Below the pieces are notes generated by a model, which worked only from the letters and a program-made list of their open reading frames with translations, was not told the origin of the DNA and made no database searches. From Nitrospirota bacterium (GTDB lineage Bacteria; Nitrospirota; Thermodesulfovibrionia; Thermodesulfovibrionales; UBA9159), in NCBI GenBank assembly GCA_963699545.1, contig CAVOUE010000005.1, positions 471,354 to 535,353 of the forward strand: DNA of 64,000 nucleotides. Reading direction: 5' to 3'. This document shows, piece after piece, positions 30,107-38,879 of the stretch. Both the position numbers and the translations under genes were made by a program. How positions within the stretch are numbered: the stretch's first letter is position 1; every line of letters begins with the position of its first letter.

Positions 30107-30861
30107 TGTTTGATAAAGAGATCGTTCGTTGTGCCGAGAAATTCTGGCGACTTGTCGGAAAGTACGAACCTTTTCCCCGCGCACTTGAGGCCCCGATATT
30201 ATGGGCACTGCCTGTTGCCATTGTGAAACTGCCGCATCTTGGTTTGAAAGAAATCCAACAGTGGCTTGTGGAGCGCAACATTGTACTGGACTTCAGGACA
30301 CCAAGTCGCGCAGTACGAGCTTGTCTCATTGCCAAAGCTGGTAAAGGAATTATTTTTCTTGATGGATGCGATACAAGTGACGAACAGCGCTTATCTTTGG
30401 CTCACGAGCTGGCACATTATTTAAAGGATTACTTAGAACCTCGCGAGAAAGCCCTTAAAACCTTCGGCGAAACAATCAATGAAGTTCTCGATGCTATCAG
30501 GCCTCCCACTCCAACAGAACGGCTGGCTGGAATTCTTAAGAGTGTGCCAATAGGAATATTTACAGATCTCATAGAAAGATCATCGGCAGGCGATATTCAC
30601 CGCATGGCTATTCTGGAAGCAGAAGATTTTGCAGATCAGCTTGCAATTGAGCTCTTGGCTCCAAATAAAGTAGTTGTTCGCCACTTGGAAGCTCAGGGGA
30701 TTGTCTGGAAAAGTGATAATGCAAATGATTTATGTTGTCATATGCTGATGGCTGTTTTTGGCCTTCCTGCCGATGTAGCAAAGGAATATAGCGATATGCT
30801 GATTATGGCTGGGAGCCAACCGAAATCATTTAGAGAATGGCTTGGGGTTCGGTCAGTATGA
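30103..30861 (+). CDS. ImmA/IrrE-family Zn metallopeptidase
   Basis: QRLSLAHELAH (HExxH) and EDFADQLAIELLAP (third-ligand helix). Confidence 0.85.
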   Translation: MMFDKEIVRCAEKFWRLVGKYEPFPRALEAPILWALPVAIVKLPHLGLKEIQQWLVERNIVLDFRTPSRAVRACLIAKAGKGIIFLDGCDTSDEQRLSLAHELAHYLKDYLEPREKALKTFGETINEVLDAIRPPTPTERLAGILKSVPIGIFTDLIERSSAGDIHRMAILEAEDFADQLAIELLAPNKVVVRHLEAQGIVWKSDNANDLCCHMLMAVFGLPADVAKEYSDMLIMAGSQPKSFREWLGVRSV

Positions 30862-30863
30862 TT

Positions 30864-30894
30864 TGTCGAACTTAGTCTATAGGGCGGGAATATA
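30864..30894 (+). promoter_or_regulatory. ECF-promoter-like motif, copy 2 (upstream of nurA-herA)
   Basis: TGTCGAACTTAGTCTATAGGGCGGGAATATA, followed by RBS TAAGGAG and the start at 30931. Confidence 0.7.
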
Positions 30895-30930
30895 ATTGCA
30901 GAGAGCAAAATTTGCTATAAGGAGAATGAG

Positions 30931-32163
30931 TTGGAAATAGAAGACAAGAGGTCAGGGCAAGAGCAGGATGCAGATGAATCAAACCTGATGCCCATTTCAG
31001 AAAGTGACTACGAGATAGCAACAGGAGAACCCCTGTCCAAAACGCTAGATCTTGATACATGGCATCCGGGTGAAGACCTTGTCGAAATGTATAACCGCCT
31101 GAGACAAGAAATTGCAGATGCAGTAAAAGATGAAAAACGATTTCAAGAACAGATTCGAGAGCAAATATTTCCAATGCTGCGCACAAGACAGGATGCGCCC
31201 CCTGGTGCAGGCGTTTATAAAGTAACTGCAGATCAGTTACAAGACGTGCATCAAAAACTACTTTTTAACGGTGGGGTTGAGGCTTGCGATGGGACGGTTG
31301 TGCCTTATGACACCTTGCCCGTTACTATAACTCAAATAGGCGTCTGTTTAGTATCTTACAGAGGTGATCAGGGATCATGGGTTCATAGAGTATTTCGGAG
31401 GGATTTGAGAACAACTGGAAAGAATCCCATAGAAGAGACACTTAATCTCCTTGACCGCCGCCATCAACGCGGGGCAGTTGATCAGCAAAGCACGCGCGAT
31501 CAGCTAAGCAGTCTTACACAGAGGGGAATCATGGCATATGCCGAGCGAGCTGTATTACTTGAAAAGTCACAGGCTGTTTGGCGAATGGGCCATGGCAATC
31601 CTACACCCTACGAGTTAGTAGCAGGTTCAGGGATGCCTGAGCTCTTAAAAGCCAGCTTGCCGCTCATGAGTCGCTTGGTTTTGGAACATAAGAAATTTGT
31701 TTATATCGCTAATAGAATTTCTGCTCGCGATTTAGTTACGATCGGGAATGCATTACCCCCACTGCATTATGCAATCGTAGATACCAATGAAAGTATGTTA
31801 AAGAAGATTCTCTTGCGTGGTCACTATAGGGGGACTGTATGGGGGCCCCTCGGCGATGCTGTTCGCGATTTTGTGGGTGAGTGCGGCTCTAAGATTATCT
31901 GTGGCCTATATCGCGCGTCAAACTTCTCGCCATGTCAGGTTTTTTACGCCCATGTTGATCATGCTCATGAAGCAGCGTTAATTGCCATCGCTGATAGTGT
32001 ACTTCAGGAACATAGAGGGTTTCCCATGCTTATTGACCTGGCTGATGGCCTTTGCAGCACACTCTTCGGACCTGACATATTTTCTGCTTCGATTCAAATG
32101 GCATATGCTGAGGCCAATGAGCCTTTCCGTTATATGGCGGAAAGAAAGACTCGCAATCGTTAA
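30931..32163 (+). CDS. NurA-like nuclease (RNase H fold), divergent
   Basis: VEACDGT (cf. NurA a-DGS) and C-terminal HRGFPMLIDLAD (cf. GYP-L--AH/D); directly upstream of HerA. Confidence 0.65.
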   Translation: MEIEDKRSGQEQDADESNLMPISESDYEIATGEPLSKTLDLDTWHPGEDLVEMYNRLRQEIADAVKDEKRFQEQIREQIFPMLRTRQDAPPGAGVYKVTADQLQDVHQKLLFNGGVEACDGTVVPYDTLPVTITQIGVCLVSYRGDQGSWVHRVFRRDLRTTGKNPIEETLNLLDRRHQRGAVDQQSTRDQLSSLTQRGIMAYAERAVLLEKSQAVWRMGHGNPTPYELVAGSGMPELLKASLPLMSRLVLEHKKFVYIANRISARDLVTIGNALPPLHYAIVDTNESMLKKILLRGHYRGTVWGPLGDAVRDFVGECGSKIICGLYRASNFSPCQVFYAHVDHAHEAALIAIADSVLQEHRGFPMLIDLADGLCSTLFGPDIFSASIQMAYAEANEPFRYMAERKTRNR

Positions 32164-32177
32164 GGAGGTATAACCAC

Positions 32178-33992
32178 ATGGAGAATAGAGATGGAATTCT
32201 GAACACACCGGAGGAAGCTTTTAAAGCAATTGATGAGGACAGTGAGCGGGCAGGAGGACCATGGACACCTCCCGCAGACTTCGATGGCAGTATTGGCAGG
32301 ACAATGTTTGATACTCCATCCAGCAAGGACGGAACCGTAACCGTTCTTATGCCTAATGAGAATATTGATGCTCTCCCCAGTCAGGCCTTAGTAAGAATAA
32401 AGAGTGAAAACCGCATCTATCTCGGAGCTGTGATAGAAGGACCTTTTGCCGAACCGGATGGACTTCGAGCTGATGCTACGCCAATGGTTATTTCAATAGT
32501 AAAGGGCGGTTTGCTTATACCGAAATACCATGGAAGAGTCCAGGTTGAAATCATAGGTGAGAAATTAGAAGGTGGTGCAATTGTTCCACCACGTCGTAGG
32601 CCAAAGCCTAATAGCCCTGTATTTCCTCTTGATGCTGCTGAAACAGCTGAGGTTCTTCGTATAGACGGGAACATGAGACTCGGCCTTGCAGATGGTTTTG
32701 ATGATCTCGCTCTAAATATTCAGTCGGACAAGAAAAGTGTCTTTCCACGGCATTTGGGAATTCTGGGAACTACTGGTGGCGGCAAATCGACAACGGTCTC
32801 CGGATTAGTTGATAAGGCTCAAAGACGGGGAATGTCAGTCATTCTCATAGACACGGAGGGAGAATATTCCACCATAAATGAGCCAACAACCAACAAAGAT
32901 ATGATCGAGGCATTGTTACGTCAAAAACTAGAGCCTGCAAGCGTAGAAAATACACATGTTCATCATTTGGTTGGTCGCGAAACTGCAAATCCTCAACACC
33001 CGAGGGTATCTCCTTTTTCGTTGCGTTTTAGTGAACTATCTCCTTATTCTGTTAAAGAAATTCTTGCAATTGAGGAAGAAGCGCAGGAGCGACGTTTTCT
33101 TAAGGCGTATGATATAACGAAAGCTGCATTAGAAAAATTCAAAATATGGCCTCGAAATAAAGAAGAGCAAACAATGCTTGTTGAACTTGACGAGCTTGAG
33201 ACAGGATATCCGATGATGACCTTAACACATTTATACGATGTAATTAGACAGATTTCCGCAATGATTGGGGATGAGGATGATCCTTATCTTGTCACGCCTA
33301 TTTTTAATCAAAATCGTGACGAATTAAAAAAAATCATAAAGAGCATGAAACCCGAGGCTCATAAATTTAGTTGGTGGTCGTTGCAAGGCAAATTGGGAAA
33401 GATTTATCGGTTAAAGATTTTTGATACACCTCAAGTTCCATCATTAGACTATGAGGCAATGCTCCAACCAGGTCGAGTCTCGATCTTGGATCTCAGCGAT
33501 ACAGATTCTCCACAAGTGAATAATCTAGTTATTGCTCAACTTCTCCGTGGAGTTCAAAGTCAACAAGAGGAAAACTATAAAAAGGCAGTGGCAGAAAATC
33601 GTCAACCGACGCCAACTGTAATTTTTATCGAAGAAGCCCATGAATTTCTCTCAGTGCAGCGCATTAATAAGATGCAAATGTTATTTCAGCAGGTCGCTCG
33701 TATAGCTCGCCGTGGCCGGAAACGCTGGCTTGGTCTTGTATTCGTGACACAGTTACCACAACACCTGCCTGATGAGGTTTTAGGACTCATAAATAACTGG
33801 ATACTTCACAAGATCAGTGACACTGCTGTGATTACACGACTTAAGAAATCGATTGGTGGCATTAATGAAGGGCTTTGGCGGCAGTTGCCGTCACTTGCTC
33901 CAGGACAGGCAGTCGTATCTTTTACGACGCAGGCTCGACCTCTCTTGGTGACTATAGATCCAACACCATGCCAACTTCTCATGGTGGAGTAA
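32178..33992 (+). CDS. HerA/FtsK-family ATPase (DUF87) with N-terminal HAS-barrel-like domain
   Basis: HLGILGTTGGGKS (Walker A), IDTEGEY, FIEEAH (Walker B), ARRGRK (Arg finger) and VTQLP. Confidence 0.92.
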   Translation: MENRDGILNTPEEAFKAIDEDSERAGGPWTPPADFDGSIGRTMFDTPSSKDGTVTVLMPNENIDALPSQALVRIKSENRIYLGAVIEGPFAEPDGLRADATPMVISIVKGGLLIPKYHGRVQVEIIGEKLEGGAIVPPRRRPKPNSPVFPLDAAETAEVLRIDGNMRLGLADGFDDLALNIQSDKKSVFPRHLGILGTTGGGKSTTVSGLVDKAQRRGMSVILIDTEGEYSTINEPTTNKDMIEALLRQKLEPASVENTHVHHLVGRETANPQHPRVSPFSLRFSELSPYSVKEILAIEEEAQERRFLKAYDITKAALEKFKIWPRNKEEQTMLVELDELETGYPMMTLTHLYDVIRQISAMIGDEDDPYLVTPIFNQNRDELKKIIKSMKPEAHKFSWWSLQGKLGKIYRLKIFDTPQVPSLDYEAMLQPGRVSILDLSDTDSPQVNNLVIAQLLRGVQSQQEENYKKAVAENRQPTPTVIFIEEAHEFLSVQRINKMQMLFQQVARIARRGRKRWLGLVFVTQLPQHLPDEVLGLINNWILHKISDTAVITRLKKSIGGINEGLWRQLPSLAPGQAVVSFTTQARPLLVTIDPTPCQLLMVE

Positions 33993-34003
33993 AGTGAGGA
34001 ATA

Positions 34004-34459
34004 ATGATGGATGCAAATAGACAAATACTTTATACAATTGGTTTTACTGGAAAAAGCGCTGAGGAGTTTTTCTCGCTCTTGAAAAAAGCCGGGGTCAAGA
34101 TTCTACTGGATATCAGGCTCAACAATGTCTCTCAGCTTGCCGGTTTTACTAAGGGGAAAGACCTATCTTACTTTGTTCGGGCGATACTGGACGGCCAGTA
34201 TTATCACATGACCGACCTTGCACCGACGAAAGAACTACTGAAAAAATATCAGGCAGATAAGGACTGGCAGAGTTATGAAAAAGAGTTTCTGTCTCTCTTG
34301 GAAAAGCGAAATGCAGAGGCTAAGATTAAACCTGAACTCCTCAAAGGGCCTACGGTTCTGCTCTGCAGTGAAAAGACGGCCGAAAAATGCCACCGCCGGC
34401 TTACCGCCGAATATTTGCAGAAAAAAATGTTGGCAGATTACACAATAGAGCACCTGTAG
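34004..34459 (+). CDS. DUF488 family protein
   Basis: LYTIGF, LLDIRL, SQLAGF, LAPT and LLCSE...CHRRL motifs. Confidence 0.88.
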   Translation: MMDANRQILYTIGFTGKSAEEFFSLLKKAGVKILLDIRLNNVSQLAGFTKGKDLSYFVRAILDGQYYHMTDLAPTKELLKKYQADKDWQSYEKEFLSLLEKRNAEAKIKPELLKGPTVLLCSEKTAEKCHRRLTAEYLQKKMLADYTIEHL

Positions 34460-34464
34460 GGACT

Positions 34465-35190
34465 ATGCTTAAAAAGACACTCATAATTACCGACGTTACC
34501 AAAATGAGCGACGATAATGTTTGCATCGCCGGATATGACGACACTTTGACATGCATACGGCCCGTGCTGTCCAGAGGGCAGCTTAGGAAAAAGAATCTCT
34601 TTAAGGACGGTGAACTTATCATCTTCCCCGGTGCAAAGGTTGCGTTTATTCTCAGCTCTGGAATATCTCAGCCGCCTCATGTTGAGGATATCATTTTCGA
34701 AGAAACCTCTATTGCAAGCATGAGAAGGGTATCAGTGAGAGAATGGAAGGAAATCTTAACACGGACTGCCACACAAAACGTTGGTGAACTCTTCAGTTAT
34801 ATTGAGGATCGCTGCGTGCCTCCTGGATCACCGGGGCCTTCGATCGGCACAATTCTGCCGGCTGAGATACCGACTCTCAGCTGTGATTATTACAAAGATC
34901 CTCCGCGCCCAAGAATGAGATTTGTTGATCAAGGTGGTATCATAAAGAACAATGTCCCGATAACCGACCTTGCATTTCGTAATATGTTTGATTTCTATCT
35001 GGCGAAGTATAAAGGCGACTGCGAAAAAACCGTAAAGCTTTTAAACAATAAATTGGCGGACCATGATATATATCTTCGTCTCGGCCTGTCACGTTCCTTT
35101 CGAGGCTGTTGCTGGCTTCAAGTAAACGGAATCCATACATTTCCTGATCTTTATGACAGAGATTATTGTGATTGGATACAGTTAGATTAG
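34465..35190 (+). CDS. Dual-OB-fold-like protein
   Basis: IITDVTKM...VCIAG...IRPV, PPHVED, ITDL and YLRLGLSRSF..CWLQVNGI. Start set at the ATG at 34465. Confidence 0.7.
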   Translation: MLKKTLIITDVTKMSDDNVCIAGYDDTLTCIRPVLSRGQLRKKNLFKDGELIIFPGAKVAFILSSGISQPPHVEDIIFEETSIASMRRVSVREWKEILTRTATQNVGELFSYIEDRCVPPGSPGPSIGTILPAEIPTLSCDYYKDPPRPRMRFVDQGGIIKNNVPITDLAFRNMFDFYLAKYKGDCEKTVKLLNNKLADHDIYLRLGLSRSFRGCCWLQVNGIHTFPDLYDRDYCDWIQLD

Positions 35191-35618
35191 AATAGATTTT
35201 GCTGCCGTTCAACAAGAAGCGGGTAGTCTTTGTCTCTGGTCTCTACTTCAGCTTCCTTAACCGGCAAGGGACGTTCACCTTCATTAATGACATTGACCCC
35301 GACTTTTTCACCCAATTTGATGAGAAAGTCTGCAAGCAGATAACGATGGCAGTGGTCATCAGCCCGGCAGTAACAAAGAAGTGTTAAAACGCCTTTTTCG
35401 AGGATATCGTGCCATGCCTTTTGATTGCGCTTATAGCTTTGAAGCATCAATTCACGGTAACGCTGCGAGTAGGTATCCCAACTTATTTCGCCTGCTTTCC
35501 ACGCCTGCACGATATTCCAGGTAGGTGCAAAATTAATATCTCCACTTTTCACCGTGACATCATAGGCATCTTCGCCTTTATATTTCCCGATTTGGGCTGT
35601 ATAAAGATGCAGTTCCAT
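35187..35618 (-). CDS. Second, divergent DUF488-like protein
   Basis: FAPTW..W..Y..RY..LM and TLLCYC....CHRYLL share the DUF488 AP/C..CHR signature. Confidence 0.7.
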   Translation of the reverse strand: MELHLYTAQIGKYKGEDAYDVTVKSGDINFAPTWNIVQAWKAGEISWDTYSQRYRELMLQSYKRNQKAWHDILEKGVLTLLCYCRADDHCHRYLLADFLIKLGEKVGVNVINEGERPLPVKEAEVETRDKDYPLLVERQQNLF

Positions 35619-35909
35619 GACTGACTATAGTATAACAACTGGCAATCTGTTTTTGTATCCTCTTTTTTTGCTTCAAACCGGGGGGGCTTGGCAGAGCGTT
35701 GCTGAGGCTCTCATTTCCCGCAAGGCGTGGCACCAGTTTGGAAAAGCTCAGTAATTGGCTTTCAAACGTGACGTTTTCCAACTCGAAACCGTCGGTCTTG
35801 AAGCCTTATATTAGTACTGTGAGAACTCAAAACCATTTGCACTCGCCACCTATTGATCTCGCAGCGGGGATAAGGGCAGTTACGTTCCAACGTCTTATGA
35901 AGGAAGTCG

Positions 35910-36452
35910 CTACTCCAGCACCTTCCCCATCAGGACCTCATCGAAATACTCATTCCCCAGCCAGAACCTCTTCAGCCTTGTACCTTCTTCCTGAAATCCG
36001 GCGCGGCTGAAGAGATGGAGGGAACGCTTGTTCGTGGTAAAAATGCTGGCCTCCAGTTTCTTGAAGCCGTGCTCCTTTGCCCATGCATCCACATACTGCA
36101 GCATCTGAGAACCGATGCCGAACCCGCGGTATGTCTCAGCGAGATGAAGCCCGGTCTTGAGGATATGCGCGGTGCGGGGGTTGTCCCCTTCGTCCGCCTG
36201 AAAAGCAGCAAGGCTTCCCACCACCTCGCCTCTGGCAGTGGCTACCAGGAGAAGGCACTTCTTGCAATCTATCAGGCGGATATATTCCTTTTCCGAGTCC
36301 GCGCTCTTGCCATACTGCTCCATCAGGATATAGCTTCGCTCCACAGACGTGGATTTGATCGTCCTGACGATCGCTGCAGCATCCTCCGGCACAGCCGGCC
36401 TGAGGGTGACCTCTTCATTGTTTTTCGCCAGGAACTTCTGAGCCTCTTCCAT
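35910..36452 (-). CDS. GNAT family N-acetyltransferase
   Basis: LRPAVPEDA, YRGFGIGS, N-RSLHLF-RAGF-EEG. Start set at MEEAQ. Confidence 0.9.
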   Translation of the reverse strand: MEEAQKFLAKNNEEVTLRPAVPEDAAAIVRTIKSTSVERSYILMEQYGKSADSEKEYIRLIDCKKCLLLVATARGEVVGSLAAFQADEGDNPRTAHILKTGLHLAETYRGFGIGSQMLQYVDAWAKEHGFKKLEASIFTTNKRSLHLFSRAGFQEEGTRLKRFWLGNEYFDEVLMGKVLE

Positions 36453-36608
36453 ACCCAATCCTTCCTTTCGCTTCATTATACATCGAACTCGTGCTCCCCA
36501 CAATAGGAGCAGCGGGAACGCAGGGAAAAACCTGTGGTAATGCTGCGAAGAAATTGATATAATCATTTCTACGATCAACGCATTCAGCCCGCGCTTGATA
36601 TATATGCC

Positions 36609-38018
36609 ATGAACGAATACAGAATAGAAAAAGATTCCCTTGGAGAGGTCAGAGTCCCGAACGATGCCTACTGGGGTGCGCAGACCCAGAGGGCCGTGGA
36701 GAACTTCCCTGTGAGCGGCATCGTCTTTCCTCCGGTCTTCATCCGCTCAATCGGTCTGATAAAGCATGCATGCGCACGTGTCAATCAGGAGCTTGGTCTT
36801 CTGGAACCACGCATCGCGGACGCCATAATCCGTGCATGTGACGGGATCATCGCAGGCACGTTCCATGACCAGTTCCCCCTGGATATTTTTCAGACGGGTT
36901 CCGGCACATCCACCAATATGAACGCCAATGAGGTCATCGCCACCCGGGCGAACGAGATCCTCACCGGCACAAAGCACACTGGGAAGCCCGTGCATCCTAA
37001 CGACCATGTGAACATGGGACAGTCATCCAATGATGTCATCCCGACTGCGATCCACGTGTCTGCCTGTCTCCAGACAAAGGAACGCCTTATCCCTGCCATG
37101 AAGGTTCTCCATGCTGCCATCAGGGACAAAGAAAAGAAATATAGTGCTCTCGTAAAGACGGGCCGGACCCATCTCATGGATGCCATGCCGATAACCCTGG
37201 GACAGGAGATGTCGGGATGGGCTGCCCAGATAGAGTGTTCCATTGGAAGGATCGAAGGCGCGATTCCTGGACTTGCGGAACTGGCCATAGGCGGCACCGC
37301 GGTCGGCACAGGGATAAATGCGCAGCCGGGGTTCGGTGAAAGGGTGGCGAAGAAGTTGACCGGGCTGACAAAGATAGAATTTGCAGAAGCAAAGAACCAT
37401 TTTGAAGCGCAGTCTTCACAGGACGCCGTGGTCGGGCTTTCGGGCCAGCTTAAGACGTATGCCTCAAGCCTTATGAAGATAGCCAATGACCTGCGATGGA
37501 TGAACAGCGGCCCTATGGCAGGGCTGGGAGAGATACGGCTTCCCTCCCTTCAGCCCGGCTCATCCATAATGCCGGGGAAAGTGAACCCGGTGATCCCTGA
37601 AGCCGCACGGATGGTGTCCGTCCAGGTAATGGGAAACGATGTGGTCATTACGCTTTCCAACGCCATGGGAGATTTCCAGCTCAATGTAATGCTTCCCGTA
37701 ATAGCGCATAACATCATCCAGTCCGTCACTATCCTTGCAAACATCTCCCGCCTCATGGCAGAGAAAGCCATAGAAGGCTTCAGCGTGAATGAGGAGCATA
37801 TCATCGAACTTGTCCACAGGAATCCCATCATCGCGACGGTGCTGAACCCTATCATAGGCTATGATAAAGCAGCAGAGGTGGTGAAAAAGGCCTTAAAAGA
37901 GAAGAAGACCGTAAAGCAGGTGGTGCTGGAGCTGGGATATCTCACCGCAGAGGAAGCAGACAGGATTCTGAATCCCGGAATAATGACGAGACCGGGATGT
38001 TCAGGAAAAGGAGATTGA
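36609..38018 (+). CDS. fumC: Class II fumarate hydratase
   Basis: QTGSGTSTNMN, GRTHLMDA and GSSIMPGKVNP. Confidence 0.95.
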   Translation: MNEYRIEKDSLGEVRVPNDAYWGAQTQRAVENFPVSGIVFPPVFIRSIGLIKHACARVNQELGLLEPRIADAIIRACDGIIAGTFHDQFPLDIFQTGSGTSTNMNANEVIATRANEILTGTKHTGKPVHPNDHVNMGQSSNDVIPTAIHVSACLQTKERLIPAMKVLHAAIRDKEKKYSALVKTGRTHLMDAMPITLGQEMSGWAAQIECSIGRIEGAIPGLAELAIGGTAVGTGINAQPGFGERVAKKLTGLTKIEFAEAKNHFEAQSSQDAVVGLSGQLKTYASSLMKIANDLRWMNSGPMAGLGEIRLPSLQPGSSIMPGKVNPVIPEAARMVSVQVMGNDVVITLSNAMGDFQLNVMLPVIAHNIIQSVTILANISRLMAEKAIEGFSVNEEHIIELVHRNPIIATVLNPIIGYDKAAEVVKKALKEKKTVKQVVLELGYLTAEEADRILNPGIMTRPGCSGKGD

Positions 38019-38072
38019 CGGTTTTCTGGAACTGACATACCCCGGGGAAATCCCCGACGCGTTCTCCCCTGC

Positions 38073-38771
38073 CTATTTTCCGCCCCTGTTTTTCGCTTTC
38101 AGGACGGAAGTGATGTCTCCCATGATATTCCTGGCGTTGATCTTCACTGCTCTATATGTTCGTTCCAGTTCGGACGCAAGCCCGCTGAAGTCACCCTTCC
38201 CCTTGGTCCTTATCACAACGCTCCGGTACCCTTCCCTCACTTTTTCATAGGACGTTAGAATGCTCTGGAGCCGGAAGCCGCGATTCCTGATGATATCCGC
38301 CACATCTCGTATGGAACCCGGCCTGTCTTCGACGATGAGGTAAATCCGGTTTCCCCCGTGCCGCACTCCGGTGATGTCAACGAGGACACGGAAGATATCC
38401 CTGTCGGAGATGATACCCACGAGTGTGCCGTCCTCCAGCACCGGCAGGCAACCGACCCCGTGATCGTACATCACCATCGCAGCCTCTTCAACAGGAGTTT
38501 CACGTGAAGTCGTAATCACCCTGGTCTTCATGAGTTCCCTCACCTTTGTTTTTGCCAGGAGATAGTGGAGTTCGTACATGTCCAGCGTGGTGGCCCTGGA
38601 AGGACTGAATTCCTTTATGTCCCTGTCCGAAATGATACCTTTCAGCTTTCCCTCTTTCACGACAGGAACATGCTTTATTCCCTTTTCCCTCATCAGCCCC
38701 ACTGCATCAGTAACACTGTCATCGGGGCTCAAGGTAAAAACCTTTCTGGTCATCCAATGAGATACATACAT
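38073..38771 (-). CDS. CBS-pair + ACT domain protein (AcuB-like)
   Basis: Two CBS domains (GIISDRD twice) and an EDRPG ACT start. Confidence 0.88.
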   Translation of the reverse strand: MYVSHWMTRKVFTLSPDDSVTDAVGLMREKGIKHVPVVKEGKLKGIISDRDIKEFSPSRATTLDMYELHYLLAKTKVRELMKTRVITTSRETPVEEAAMVMYDHGVGCLPVLEDGTLVGIISDRDIFRVLVDITGVRHGGNRIYLIVEDRPGSIRDVADIIRNRGFRLQSILTSYEKVREGYRSVVIRTKGKGDFSGLASELERTYRAVKINARNIMGDITSVLKAKNRGGK

Positions 38772-38785
38772 ATAAAACCTCCTCC

Positions 38786-38870
38786 AGGGTTCAAGGACTC
38801 AAGGATCAGAGGGGTCAAGTGAAAAGACCTCGCTCACTCGAACCCCGGGACCCCCGGCCCCTTGAATCCT
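38786..38870. repeat. Imperfect palindromic intergenic element built from short reiterated units (REP-like)
   Basis: GGGTTCAAGGACTCAAGG..GGGGTCAAGTGA...TCACTCGAACCCC..CCCCTTGAATCC. Confidence 0.55.
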
Positions 38871-38879
38871 TCCTATAAC

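Noticed and set aside
27370-35909. Integrase, tRNA or att direct repeats delimiting the island
   Set aside because: None found by eye; the boundaries are inferred only from composition and gene content.
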